Assembly: GCF_006345805.1 (NCBI RefSeq)
Contig: NC_043026.1
Span: 5,084,001 to 5,148,000 of the forward strand
Direction of reading: 5' to 3'
DNA length: 64,000 nt
From: Octopus sinensis
Taxonomy: Eukaryota
The stretch's first letter is position 1, and every line of letters begins with the position of its first letter. This document shows positions 9,181 to 20,184 of this stretch, one piece after another. The notes under the pieces are model-generated. The model made no database searches. It was given only the letters and a program-made list of their open reading frames with translations, and had not been told where the DNA came from. The position numbers and the translations under genes are program-made.

Positions 9181-11657
9181 CCTATTCTAGTGTTGTACTG
9201 AAAAGCTTTTCCCCTAGTAACAATTAATAGCTTTTCTGTTTTCTTGTCTATTGATAATGATTTCACAAACACAGGGATATTAATTGTCTTAATTACTTCG
9301 ACTTGATTATAATAATTGATGGCTAAAATGTCTAAATGTGATGGTTTATCACAATAACAAACAATTTCACATTCACCCATCTTACACACCCGTACATAAG
9401 GCTGCCTTAATGATACACTTCTCACTCTCTTTGATAGGTTTCCGATGACCCTTAATTGTTTCTGTAGGGGTAACGTGACCCCTATATGATTAGAATCCCA
9501 TCGACATATATGTGTGGCTATAGACGGCAGAGATAATCTGGACACAATGTCTCCTTCCTCAGAAATATACAACAAGCAATCATGCTTGATGTCAGACACC
9601 ACCAACTGTCCATTGGACAGATTACATATTTCGCCAATGACAAGTTTTTGGTCATTCTCCTTTTCTTTGAGTCGTAGATTTAGATTTCTGATATAAGGAT
9701 TTTTAATGGGTAAACAACAGCCAGACGACCGGTCTTGATACATGTAAAGAAGAACCCTGTTGAGTTGAGTGTCCGGGACATAAAGAGTTCCTTGGAAAAC
9801 AGCAATGTGAGGGTGAACAGGGAAAGGCAGTTCCCACTGCCATTTCATTTGTCCATATAGATCGTAACATTTGAGAATAGAGTGTCTCCTGAAGAGGACA
9901 TAGAAATAAACATTATCAGAGTAGATGTGATGAGGGTGGCCATAGAATGGAAGGTATTTTTGAAAAAGTTCTTCACCACATGTGGAATAAAATACCATTT
10001 TATTTTCGTTTCCATCTACGACTACAAAATTAATTGGAGTTGCAGCAATGCTGACATTATGATGTCCAAGAGAAATTCTTTCTGCAATGTCAACTTTATC
10101 TTCGTTGATCAATAGGATATGGACCTCGCTTTTGTTTTCAGTGGTGGTCACAGCCAGACACTTATTTGATACAATATGACATATTTTCATGTAACCAGTT
10201 TGCACCTTTATTAAAGGGCCTTTTCTTAGTTCAGGACAGGTGATATACTGAAATCCTTTCATTTCACGATAAAATACCAGGAATCTGTTTGCATTTATTC
10301 TACAACAGAAAGAAGGAAGCTCAAGGAAAACTAAATTATTTTGGCTAATTATTTCCCCGTTATCAGTGAATAATTTAGCTTTCTTGTTTTTGTAAATTAT
10401 TAATATAGAAGATGTAGACATAGGTAGAATATTTGTAATGTTGTAGCAATCCTCAATATGAATATAGTCTTTTAAACTGGGGGTATGTAGCTGGTGGTTG
10501 TATGACAGTTTGGGCCAAAAGTCTTTATTCATTTGAATACCATGTGGTTTGCCGCAATAATCTGTTACCAAAATGGTATCTTTACCAACAGAAATAGAGC
10601 GGCATTTCCTGCCAACGTCCCTCCTTGTTACACCACCTTTAGCTGAAATTCTATAAATTATTTGTCCCTGGAGGACATAGAAATAATTTTGGTACAGAGA
10701 GATTTTACTTGGGAGGTGCAGAGAATGGGTCTCTACCTCCCATAACTGTTGGCCATCCAGTTTGTAACAGATTACTCTTTTAATACTGGGAAATGATATT
10801 ACAAGTATATTCTGGACCCCTACAGCAATATCTGTAGGGGTTTCTTTGGTAATAAATTGATAGTTTATGGTATTATCCTCCCAATCAAATTGGTAAACTA
10901 TCTTACCAAACATTTCTACACCTATAAGTTTAGAATCTTCCAAGTAACTCACCATATGTAACCCCAACTGTATCCTTTTGATCTTGAAGGTTTTGGGGCT
11001 GATAATAAGAATCATTTCTTGGAATGGGAGGGTTGCCAGAACCATGTCTTCACTGATTCTTGTGAAACTGGTCACAGAAGATTGACAATGGACATCAATT
11101 CTGTCACTGTCTCTTGTGACTAAACTTATTGTCTTACAATGGTGGGAATATGTCATCACTCCCTCCTCTAAGATGACAATATTGGATATTATTGTCCTTT
11201 CTTCAAATTCTTCTCCAGATTCCTCAATGTTTGCTTCTCTAGTCACAACTGGCTGAAGAGGCCGAAATTTATTTTTGGTTATTTTTGGTGTCTGAATGGT
11301 CTTCCATCTGTATGGGTTACAGGTGACATAAATGTCAAAGAGTCTTTGTTGAAACCATTCAAGGTTCTGCTCAATAGAAATATTCTGTTCTTTAGTATAT
11401 TTCAGCAAAATTCCAAGTCTCTCTTTGACCTTTTCTAAAATACAATTGGCACTTAACCCCAGACTTTCATAATGTTTGATCTCCTTAACTATATGCTCCA
11501 TAAACATCATGCTGCAATCATATTGAAGACAAATCCTCTGTATTTTAGCAACTATTTGTTTTTCAGTTCCTTTTGTGCTTTCTTTGTCTCCAGATATGGC
11601 CTTCACTGCTGATTCTCTCTCTGAACTAACCCTAGTATTTTCAGTCTGGTCTTCCAT
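9063..11657 (-). CDS. Tandem NHL-like beta-propeller protein, N-terminal half (helical domain, propellers 1-2, start of 3)
   Basis: 864-aa ORF with motifs such as SNGQLVVSDIKHDCLLYISEEG and HICRWDSNHIGVTLPLQKQL, as in NHL-like propellers of molluscan TRIM-like proteins. A splice acceptor (ttttccttatatttctttacag) lies 7 nt before the ATG. Confidence 0.85.
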   Translation of the reverse strand: MEDQTENTRVSSERESAVKAISGDKESTKGTEKQIVAKIQRICLQYDCSMMFMEHIVKEIKHYESLGLSANCILEKVKERLGILLKYTKEQNISIEQNLEWFQQRLFDIYVTCNPYRWKTIQTPKITKNKFRPLQPVVTREANIEESGEEFEERTIISNIVILEEGVMTYSHHCKTISLVTRDSDRIDVHCQSSVTSFTRISEDMVLATLPFQEMILIISPKTFKIKRIQLGLHMVSYLEDSKLIGVEMFGKIVYQFDWEDNTINYQFITKETPTDIAVGVQNILVISFPSIKRVICYKLDGQQLWEVETHSLHLPSKISLYQNYFYVLQGQIIYRISAKGGVTRRDVGRKCRSISVGKDTILVTDYCGKPHGIQMNKDFWPKLSYNHQLHTPSLKDYIHIEDCYNITNILPMSTSSILIIYKNKKAKLFTDNGEIISQNNLVFLELPSFCCRINANRFLVFYREMKGFQYITCPELRKGPLIKVQTGYMKICHIVSNKCLAVTTTENKSEVHILLINEDKVDIAERISLGHHNVSIAATPINFVVVDGNENKMVFYSTCGEELFQKYLPFYGHPHHIYSDNVYFYVLFRRHSILKCYDLYGQMKWQWELPFPVHPHIAVFQGTLYVPDTQLNRVLLYMYQDRSSGCCLPIKNPYIRNLNLRLKEKENDQKLVIGEICNLSNGQLVVSDIKHDCLLYISEEGDIVSRLSLPSIATHICRWDSNHIGVTLPLQKQLRVIGNLSKRVRSVSLRQPYVRVCKMGECEIVCYCDKPSHLDILAINYYNQVEVIKTINIPVFVKSLSIDKKTEKLLIVTRGKAFQYNTRIGGGGHGSDGSISSGDGSISSGDGSISSSDGMVPVIQSPK

Positions 11658-12265
11658 AATGAATCTGTAAAGAAATATAAGGAAAACATTTAGCTTTGTG
11701 AAAATATTAAAGTTTCAGGGAGATGATGTTTGCTTCATCATTTGAAAAACACCAACAAAACATTTATGTATTTCTGTCAGTGAATTAATCTTGTCTAATT
11801 AATATTTAAACAACTTATTACAATCTATTCTAAGATGTATTAATAAGTTTCATTAATTACATGGAGTCTAAATATTAGAAATAATTATTTTCACTGGAAA
11901 TGATATTTGCTCTCAACATCACCAAGAAATAGTCATGTGTGGCTTAGATTTATTTAACGATAATTAGTCAAAGAGATTCCCCTGCTCCAAAAGCACTCAA
12001 TAACGAGACACTCTAAGCTGTAGAGAAAATTAACTTTAATTGGTGTACATGCTATATTATGTCCCAACACACAGCAATCATGTTCAAACTTCGTTAATAT
12101 GGAACAATTAGCAAAACATAGACTTTATTATGTTTCATAGACATTTGTCAGATACAAGACAGACTGAACATTTTGCTAGTTAGATGGAATATAAGTATTA
12201 CTAATGATTATATGTACTGAAAATGATGGGACAGTCATGGCTGGCTTGGTTTCCATCATATTTAC

Positions 12266-12463
12266 CTGGAATAACAGATAGCAATAAATCTGGAGATGAA
12301 ACTGTTCTTAACCTGACAAATGCTGTAAATCTCTCGACATTTCAATATAATCCACACAATTATCATACACAACATTGATTAACTCGGAAAGCTTATCCAA
12401 AGATGGGCTTTCATATAATCACACTGATAGACAGCATGTTGAGAGGATCGTTATTATTTGTTG
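12266..12463 (-). other. Candidate exon 2 of the propeller gene (copy 2: 57301-57495)
   Basis: Acceptor tctttattaatctcaatcag and donor CAG|GTAAAT are conserved in both copies. The ATG at 12375 gives 36 codons + 2 nt, phase-compatible with the large exon. Confidence 0.5.
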
Positions 12464-13538
12464 CTGATTGAGATTAATAAAGATTGGTTAATGAATTAGC
12501 CCAATTAATGAAAGGTAGGTTCATCTTAATTATCTTTAATATAAGGGACAATGTTTGGGTAGCAATGGGAAAGATGTGTTTGTATGAAAAAGGGGTTTGG
12601 CAGGTGAAGTGTGTTTTGTTTTGTGTTAGGTGAGGAGTTATATCTTGGTGTAGTTTATTATGAAGTATTGGGGGTTTAATGAGGTGGATTAGGAAATATT
12701 GGTGGGGGTGTTTAATGACATTCTGGTGACCCATCATCATCAAAATGATCCTCCACCCCTCCTTGGTCTATGAAATAATGACTGTTACTCTATTGACCCC
12801 AGGAGGAATGAAAAATAAAAGAGACCTTCTTCAGGATACACATACCTGTATATGTATATATGATAGAATGAATGTGTATAATATATACACAAGGATGCAC
12901 ATATGTATATTTATACATCCATACGTCTGTATGTATGTATGATGATCATCATTTTACCCCCACTTTCCATGCTGGAATGGGTTGGATGGTTCAAAGAATA
13001 TCTTGCCTGAAGTTACATTTTCTGATTATCTTTTTACAGCTGGATGCTCTTCCTGACACCAACCACTGCACAATGTGCACTGGGTGCATCTTATGGCACC
13101 ATCGCTAGAGACAATCGCCATGTCCTTGACAAAACTAAAGGTTCCCCTCAATCTCTGGGTGTGACATATACCTTGGGATGGGTGAGAGATCTAGGGTAAT
13201 AAATATATGAAAAGGAGTGGCTGAGTGTTGAGGAGAGACTCAGGTGGGTCCAGTAACATCCCTAGTTTCATTGGAAGAATGGTAAAGAGAAGAGATTTAC
13301 TGCCAATCTTTGTTACAGCAGTAAGATAGTGGAGTAAAAAGAAGAAGAGAGAGTGATTGAGAGATGAAAGATAGAGGTGGGGGTGATAGGGGCGTGACAG
13401 TAGGGACTCAAGGTCCAAGAGTTGACACTCATCAAAGTGGTGTTTGGAGGTCTGGGAATATACCTCCAAAGAACCAGTTTGATAAATGCTAATAAACGAA
13501 ACTTTCGGATTTTGGGTCACTTTGTTACTTCTGCTAAA

Positions 13539-13574
<36 letters not shown>

Positions 13575-13577
13575 CAA

Positions 13578-14965
13578 AGGGCCTTAGAGTCAACCTAGCT
13601 AAAACCAAAGTCCTAATAAGTGGGAAGGCAAGCAAACCACAAATCCCTTCAGGTAGATGGCCCTGCCCGATCTGTAGTAGAGGTTTAGGTAGAAACTCTA
13701 AGATGTACTTGGTGTAAGCTATGGACACATAAGAGGTGCAGCAATATCAAAGGAAGGCTAACTGGCAAGATAGCTTTTGTATGTGGCAGATGCTCGGGTG
13801 CAATAAACACTGAAAATACGCAGAGAACAACTTCCGCCACATTCCAGGAAGAAAAACTAGAAGTAGTTGATAGCTTCCATTACCTAGGTGACCAAGTCAG
13901 TAGTGGGGGAGGGTGCGCTGAAAGTGTAGCTGCTAGAATAAGAATAGCTTGGGCAAAGTTCAGAGAGCTCTTACCTTTGCTGGTGACAAAGGGCCTCTCG
14001 CTCAGAGTAAAAGGTAGACTGTATGACGTATGTGCACGAAATGCCATGCTACATGGCAGTGAAACATGGGCTGTGACTGCTGAGGACATGCGTAAGCTCG
14101 CAAGGAATGAAACCAGTATGCTCCGATGGATGTGTAATGTCAGTGTTCATAAACGACAGAGTGTAAGCACCTTGAGAGAAATATTGGTCCTAAGAAGCAG
14201 CAGATGGGGTGTCCAAAAGACGACTGCACTGGTATGGTCATGTCGCAAGAATGGATGAGGATAGCTGTGTGAAAAAGTGCCACACCCTAGCGTTTGAGGG
14301 AACCTGTGGAAGAGGTAGGCCCAGGAAAACCTGGGATGAAGTGGTGAAGCATGACCTTCGAACTTTAGGCCTCACCAAGGAAATGATTAGTGACCGACAC
14401 TTTTGGAAATATGCCGTGCGTGAGAAGACTCAGCAAGCCACATGAGAACATAACCTCGTGGTCTATGCCAGGGGCGTAACCAGCCCACTTATGCGTCCCT
14501 TTTCCTTCTTTGGACACTAAAACTCTGCTTGCGAAGACCTGTTGATGCAAGTGAAATCAAAATCAAATCCGATGACTGGCATCTGTGCTAGCGGGGAGCA
14601 AAGAGCACCATACGAGTGTGATCGTTGACAGAGTGGCTAACCGGCTTCCATGCCAGTGGCACATAAAAGTCGCCATTCGAGCTTGATAGTTACCAGCATT
14701 GCCTTACTGGCACCTGTGCCGGTGGCATGTGTAAAAGATTTGAACAAGGTAGTTACCAGTATCGCGTGACTGGCCCTGTGCCGGTGACACGTAAAAGCAC
14801 CCACTACACTCTCGGAGTGGTTGGCGTTAGGAAGGGCATCCAGCTGTAGAAACTCTGCCAGATCAAGATTGGAGCCTGGTGCCACCATCTGGTTCGCCAG
14901 CCTTCAGTCAAATTGTCCAACCATGTTAGCATGGAAAGTGGATGTTAAACGATGATGATGATGAT
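13578..14965 (+). mobile_element. RTE-clade LINE, 5'-truncated, with 3' UTR and (GAT)n tail
   Basis: GLRVNLAKTKVL..WPCPIC; YLGDQV..RIRIAWAKFRELLPLL..HGSETW..LRWMC..RRLHWYGHVARM..GRGRPRKTW; frameshifted. Confidence 0.9.
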
Positions 14966-15920
14966 ATATACATACATACAGATATACATAAATGGACATA
15001 TGTAAATATATGAATATACCTTCACATACCCGTGTATAAATGTTTGTGTCTATGTATGTTTTTAGATATGAATCAATGAACAACAAAAGAGCCAGAGTTA
15101 CGTAGACACGTTCATTAGCTTCCAGCTGTTTCTGCTACAGGAAGCAGTGAACTCGAGCTGAGTGTGTGTGCGCGTAGGTGTCTATGCATTTGTTTATGTT
15201 TACAATCTCTTTTAAGTTGCTCCAAGCAGAAACATCTGTCAACCATTCACCCCCACCTTGGAAGACATGGGAAATAAGAACTTTTGTTCTTGCAAAATGG
15301 TTTTGGGTGAGCAATAAGAAGGCTGTCTGTCCGTAAAACAAGGCTACAATAATATATTCACCTAACCCATGCAAGCATACAAAATCAGATGTGCAATCAA
15401 ACATAAGTAAACCCATGTTTATTCATTCATATACTCTTATGCATGCATAAACACACACACACACGTGTGTGTGTGCATCTGGTATTAAGAAGATCATCCA
15501 GCTGTAGAAATCTTGCCAAATCTTTCATTGGAGCTCAGCAATGTCCTCTGGTTCACTGCTTCCTCGTCAACTGTCCTACCCATGCCAGTTAGGGAAAATG
15601 GATGTCAAAACCTTTATAATACATCAGATGATGTATTTTCTTTTCTGTATTTTCCCTCTCATAATTTTGTTTTTTTTCTTGCCAGGTTCTTGTGAGTGCC
15701 ACTCAGTCAAGTCTATGACTACACTCGATGAGGGTCACTAATCTTCAGCTGGGTTCAAGCAAGAGAATATTTCCCCAAGTTCTTCCAACATGAACAGCAC
15801 AATGGTTGGATATGTTTTCTGGTGAAACACTGCAAACAAACGACTCTGTTTATGTGACGTGACATTTGTTTATAATTCGCAGCAGATATCAAGACAAGGA
15901 GACATGAGCAGACATATGCA

Positions 15921-15985
<65 letters not shown>

Positions 15986-16229
15986 CTTACATGCATACAC
16001 ATACATGCATACATGAATATACACACACATGCATATACCATAGACTTTATCAGTTCCATGTACGAAACTCATTCACAAGGCTTGAGTCAACCTGTAACAT
16101 TAGAAGAAGTTAATTCTTTAAGGTGCTGCAAAGTGGGACTGAACCTGAGACCACAAGGTTGTGAAGTGAGTTTCTTAACCATACAGCCATGCCCCCAACT
16201 TTTTTTGGTAATATTTTGAAGATAATAAT

Positions 16230-17230
16230 AATCCTTTCTACTATAGGCATAAGACCTGAAATTTTGGGTGTGGGCACTAATTGATTACATCACCCCCCAG
16301 CCCCTAACTGGTTCTTATTTTATCAATCCCAAAAGGACGGGGGGCAAAATCAACCTTGGTGGAATTTGAACTCGAAATGTAAACTTGGAAGAAATGATGC
16401 AAAATATTTTGTCTGGCATTTTGTAACAATTCTGCTTGTTCATCACATTAATAATAATAAGAAGAAGAATATCAATAACTATAACAATAACAACATCAAT
16501 AATAATAATATTAGCAGCAGCAGCAAAAACAACAACAACAACAGCAATGATTTTTTTTTTTTAATATAATAAAAATGATTTCAAGTTTTGGCACAAGGCC
16601 AGCAAGTTCAAGGAAGGGTCCAGTCTATTATACTGATCCCAATACTCAACTAGTACTTAATTTATCGATCCCATAAGGATGAGAGGCTAAGTCAACCTTG
16701 GTGGAATTTGAACTCAGAATGTAAAGATGGACAAAATGCCGCTCAACATTTTGCTTTGCATCCTCACAATTCTGCCAGCTCATCACAGTAATAATAATAA
16801 TAATGATAATGATAATAATAATAATGATAATAATAATAATAATACTTTCTTACAATAGGCACAAGGCCTGAAATTTGGGGTGAGGGGACTAGTAAAGTAC
16901 ATTGCCTCCATTGCGTAGCTGGAACTTATTGAATCGACCCCAAAAGGATGAAAGGCAAAGTTGATCTTGGTGGAATTTGAACTCAGAATGTAGTGGCAGA
17001 TGAGTCGTAATAATAATAATAATGGCTTCAAATTTTAACAGAAGGCCAGCTTGTTCTGGAGAGCAGTTAAATTGATTGCATCGACCCCAGAATACAAAAG
17101 GTACTTATTTTATTGACCCCGAAAGGATAAAGGTTGATGTCGGCAAAATTTGAACTCAGAACGTAAAGGCAAACAAATAGCTGCCTAGCATTTTGCCCAG
17201 CATGCTAACGATTCTGCCAGCTCACCACCC
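16230..17230 (-). mobile_element. Cluster of four tandem tRNA-derived SINE copies separated by (AAT)n tails
   Basis: Repeated units (reverse complement of gagctggcagaatcgttagc..ttctgagttcaaattccaccaagg..ggccttgtgcc) at ~16230, 16575, 16850 and 17025. Confidence 0.8.
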
Positions 17231-17247
17231 AAATAATAGTAATAGTA

Positions 17248-17278
<31 letters not shown>

Positions 17279-18404
17279 GTAACTAATAATAATGATAACA
17301 ACCCTTCCTTTCCTATTTTATATCCTTCATATGTCCTTCTCTTCTTATACTTTCTTCTCTCTCTTTCTCTCATTCCCTCTCTCCTTTTCAATATCAACTT
17401 CAACATTTTATTTCCCTTTTACATAAACATGTATATATTATGTGTGTGTGTGTATTTATATAGTGTACGTGTATATATGTATTTATATTCTTTTATTCTT
17501 GTACTTGTTTCAGTCATTTCACTGTGGCCATACTGGAGCACCGACTTTAGTCATACAAATTGACCCCAGGACTTATTCTTTGTAAGCCTAGTACTTATTC
17601 TATTGGTGTCTTTTGCTGAACTTTTAAGTTACAGGGATGTAAACACACCAACATCGGTTGTCAAGCAATGTTAGTGGGACAAAAATAAAGACACAATTAC
17701 GTACCTATTTGATTTCTTAGCTTATATTTCTATAAAATTGATTTACAAACTTTGAATTTTCCATGCAAAATAAAATCTAAAACTTTTTGTCATGAAATAT
17801 AATTTACATTTTCTTTCTTTAGAATTCATGAAATATTTTTGAAATTGTTCAAAAAAATACAAACTTTCTCTTCTTGTAAAAGTATTTGAAATCCTGGACA
17901 CATTTTTTATCTCTTATTATAAAAGGCAGATTTTATCTGCCTCCCTTTGTCACTTATAGAAATCTACAATATAGGATTTCTTCAATTACAATTTACCTAG
18001 CATTTTTAAGAGTAGAATGCATCGGGTTTTGCCAGGTCCGGTTTTTAAAATTTCAACCCCAATTAAGCAAAATTTAGAGAAAACTCACATTGTGGTGTAT
18101 ATGTCAAATGCTTTTCTTAGTTTGGGCTACAGCACACGCAAACGCACACACACACAGTGTGCAACGAATAAAGTGAAACTAATTCACTGTGTGTGTGTTG
18201 ACAGGTAGACAATAGAATGCGATGGCGATGTAATATTTGTTTCTGTCTATGACAATGATAGATACATGAGTAAAATGTATGGGAAGCTAAGAGATAAGAG
18301 TGAGTGAAAATGTTCTTGGAAGAGAGTAAATAGCAAGAGAGTGATTTGAGGAAGACTTTACATTAAATAACCGTAGTGGCTTGTATATATATATATATAT
18401 ACAT

Positions 18405-18670
18405 ACATAAGACAGTAAGGTGTGATTTGAGGGAGATTTGGCTGCTATTTCTACCATGTCTAGCTGCCATGTAGGGGTCTCCCTCATAGGCTCATACATA
18501 CATATATACATAGATAAGACAGTAAGGTGTGATTTGGGGGAAATTTGGCTGCTATTTCTACCAGGTCTAGCTACCATGTAGAGGTCCCCCTCATTGGCTC
18601 ATATATATATACATACATAAGACAGTAAGGTGTGATTTGAGGGAGATTTGGCTGCTGTTTCTACCAGGTC
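18405..18670. repeat. ~105-bp tandem repeat x2.5 of a SINE-derived unit
   Basis: taagacagtaaggtgtgatttg..gatttggctgctatttctacc recurs at ~18409, 18515 and 18619. Confidence 0.8.
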
Positions 18671-19036
18671 TGTTAGACCTTCTCATGTAAACTCAAGCTT
18701 TCTCATGCCTTGAACATAAGACCAAAGCAGAGAATGTATTCTTTTATTCTTCTGCTTTTTCCAGCCATTGGTCTGTGGCCATGCATGCTGGGGCAATGCC
18801 TTGAAGAATTGTAGTTTAATGAATCAACTCCAGTTTTATTTTTGTAAGCATTGTACTTATTCTATCTGTTTCCTTTGTCAAACCACTAGGTGACAGGGAT
18901 GTAAACAAACCAACATTCATTGTCAAGCAGTGGTGGAGGACAATCACAAGCACAGACATGCACACACACACACATACATGCATACACATATACATACATA
19001 CATACATACATATATATATATGTGTGTATATATATA

Positions 19037-19339
19037 TTGCAGCGTGGAAGGTGTTTGTAAGCCATTTAAGAAACACAAAAAAACCGTTAGATTCACTTCA
19101 ACATTTAAATTTAATTTGCCAAAATATTTTCCTCGCTTTGAGACCGCGACCTGTTCACTGACAAAAATATCGTGCTAACAGGTCGCGGTCTCAAAGTGAC
19201 GAAAATATTTTGACAAATTAAATTTAAATGTTGAAGTGAATCTAACGGTTTTTGTGTGTTTCTTAAATGGCTTATAAACACCTTCAACGCTGCGCAACTG
19301 TTTTCGTTCCAGCACACGATCTCAGATCAAGTCACTTGC
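19037..19339. mobile_element. Palindromic MITE nested in the Helitron
   Basis: Near-perfect inverted arms of ~115 bp (gcagcgtggaaggtg...gacctgtt / aacaggtc...cttcaacgctgc). Confidence 0.75.
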
Positions 19340-20184
19340 TATGCAAGTACATCTCTGTAACTATATATATATTTTATATATATATATGTATATTGGTAAA
19401 AACAGTAAGATAACAAAAGAAAGAGACCTCAATATTATGTAAATAGAGGAAATCTTTATATAAAAAGTGAGGTTGTGTGTCTGTCTCCTACGATTTAGAT
19501 TCCTAACTACTCCCACATTTTGCGGTGCAGTTTAACCAAAACCGGGTATCTTATAGTCGTGATTCATATCGAGCCCTTCTGGGTATTAGCGCACGTCTAC
19601 GATGAGTCTACGATTAAAAAAAAAATTTACCATCAATTTTTCCCATTTTAATCCATTTTGACATATATAAGGGAAGTAACTCTCTAAAATTTATTATTAA
19701 ATCTCAGAACGTAAAAAGCTACAGTAACACCCCTCCCCCTTTGTGGTTAGCCATATTGAGATGGCTATATATTTTATTTACATCTCTAAAAATGCTTATA
19801 TAATTATTTCCCTTACAAACCCGAGCAACGCCGGGCGATACTGCTAGTAGTTTATAAAATGGTTGGAGGAAATTAGCACAAATGTGAAGAGTGTGTGTAT
19901 ATATGTATGTATACAAGTGTGTATCTCTCTCTCTCTCACTTTATATATATATTTAATGCATTGCACATTAAAATGTTGATGTAGGATGTAGGATGTACTG
20001 GGAGAGAAAATATATGTTGTCACCAAATTGTTTAATATTTAAACAATTCTTCTTGTTTGCTTCAAGATATAAAATAGAAATGAAATCACCAGAACAATTC
20101 CATTTATATACAAAGTTTAATATTAAAATCAAAATCAGTTAAAAAAAATATTTCATTGATGAAAGAAGAAGAAAAGATCAATTA

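Larger units (their letters stand above)
17910..19847 (+). mobile_element. Non-autonomous composite Helitron
   Basis: 5' TC(TCTTATTATAAAAGG); 3' hairpin CCCG..CGGG 8 nt before CTAG. Inserted between A and T with no TSD; the empty site is at A59285|T59286 in the paralog. A second internal 5'-like end lies at 19453. Confidence 0.88.
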
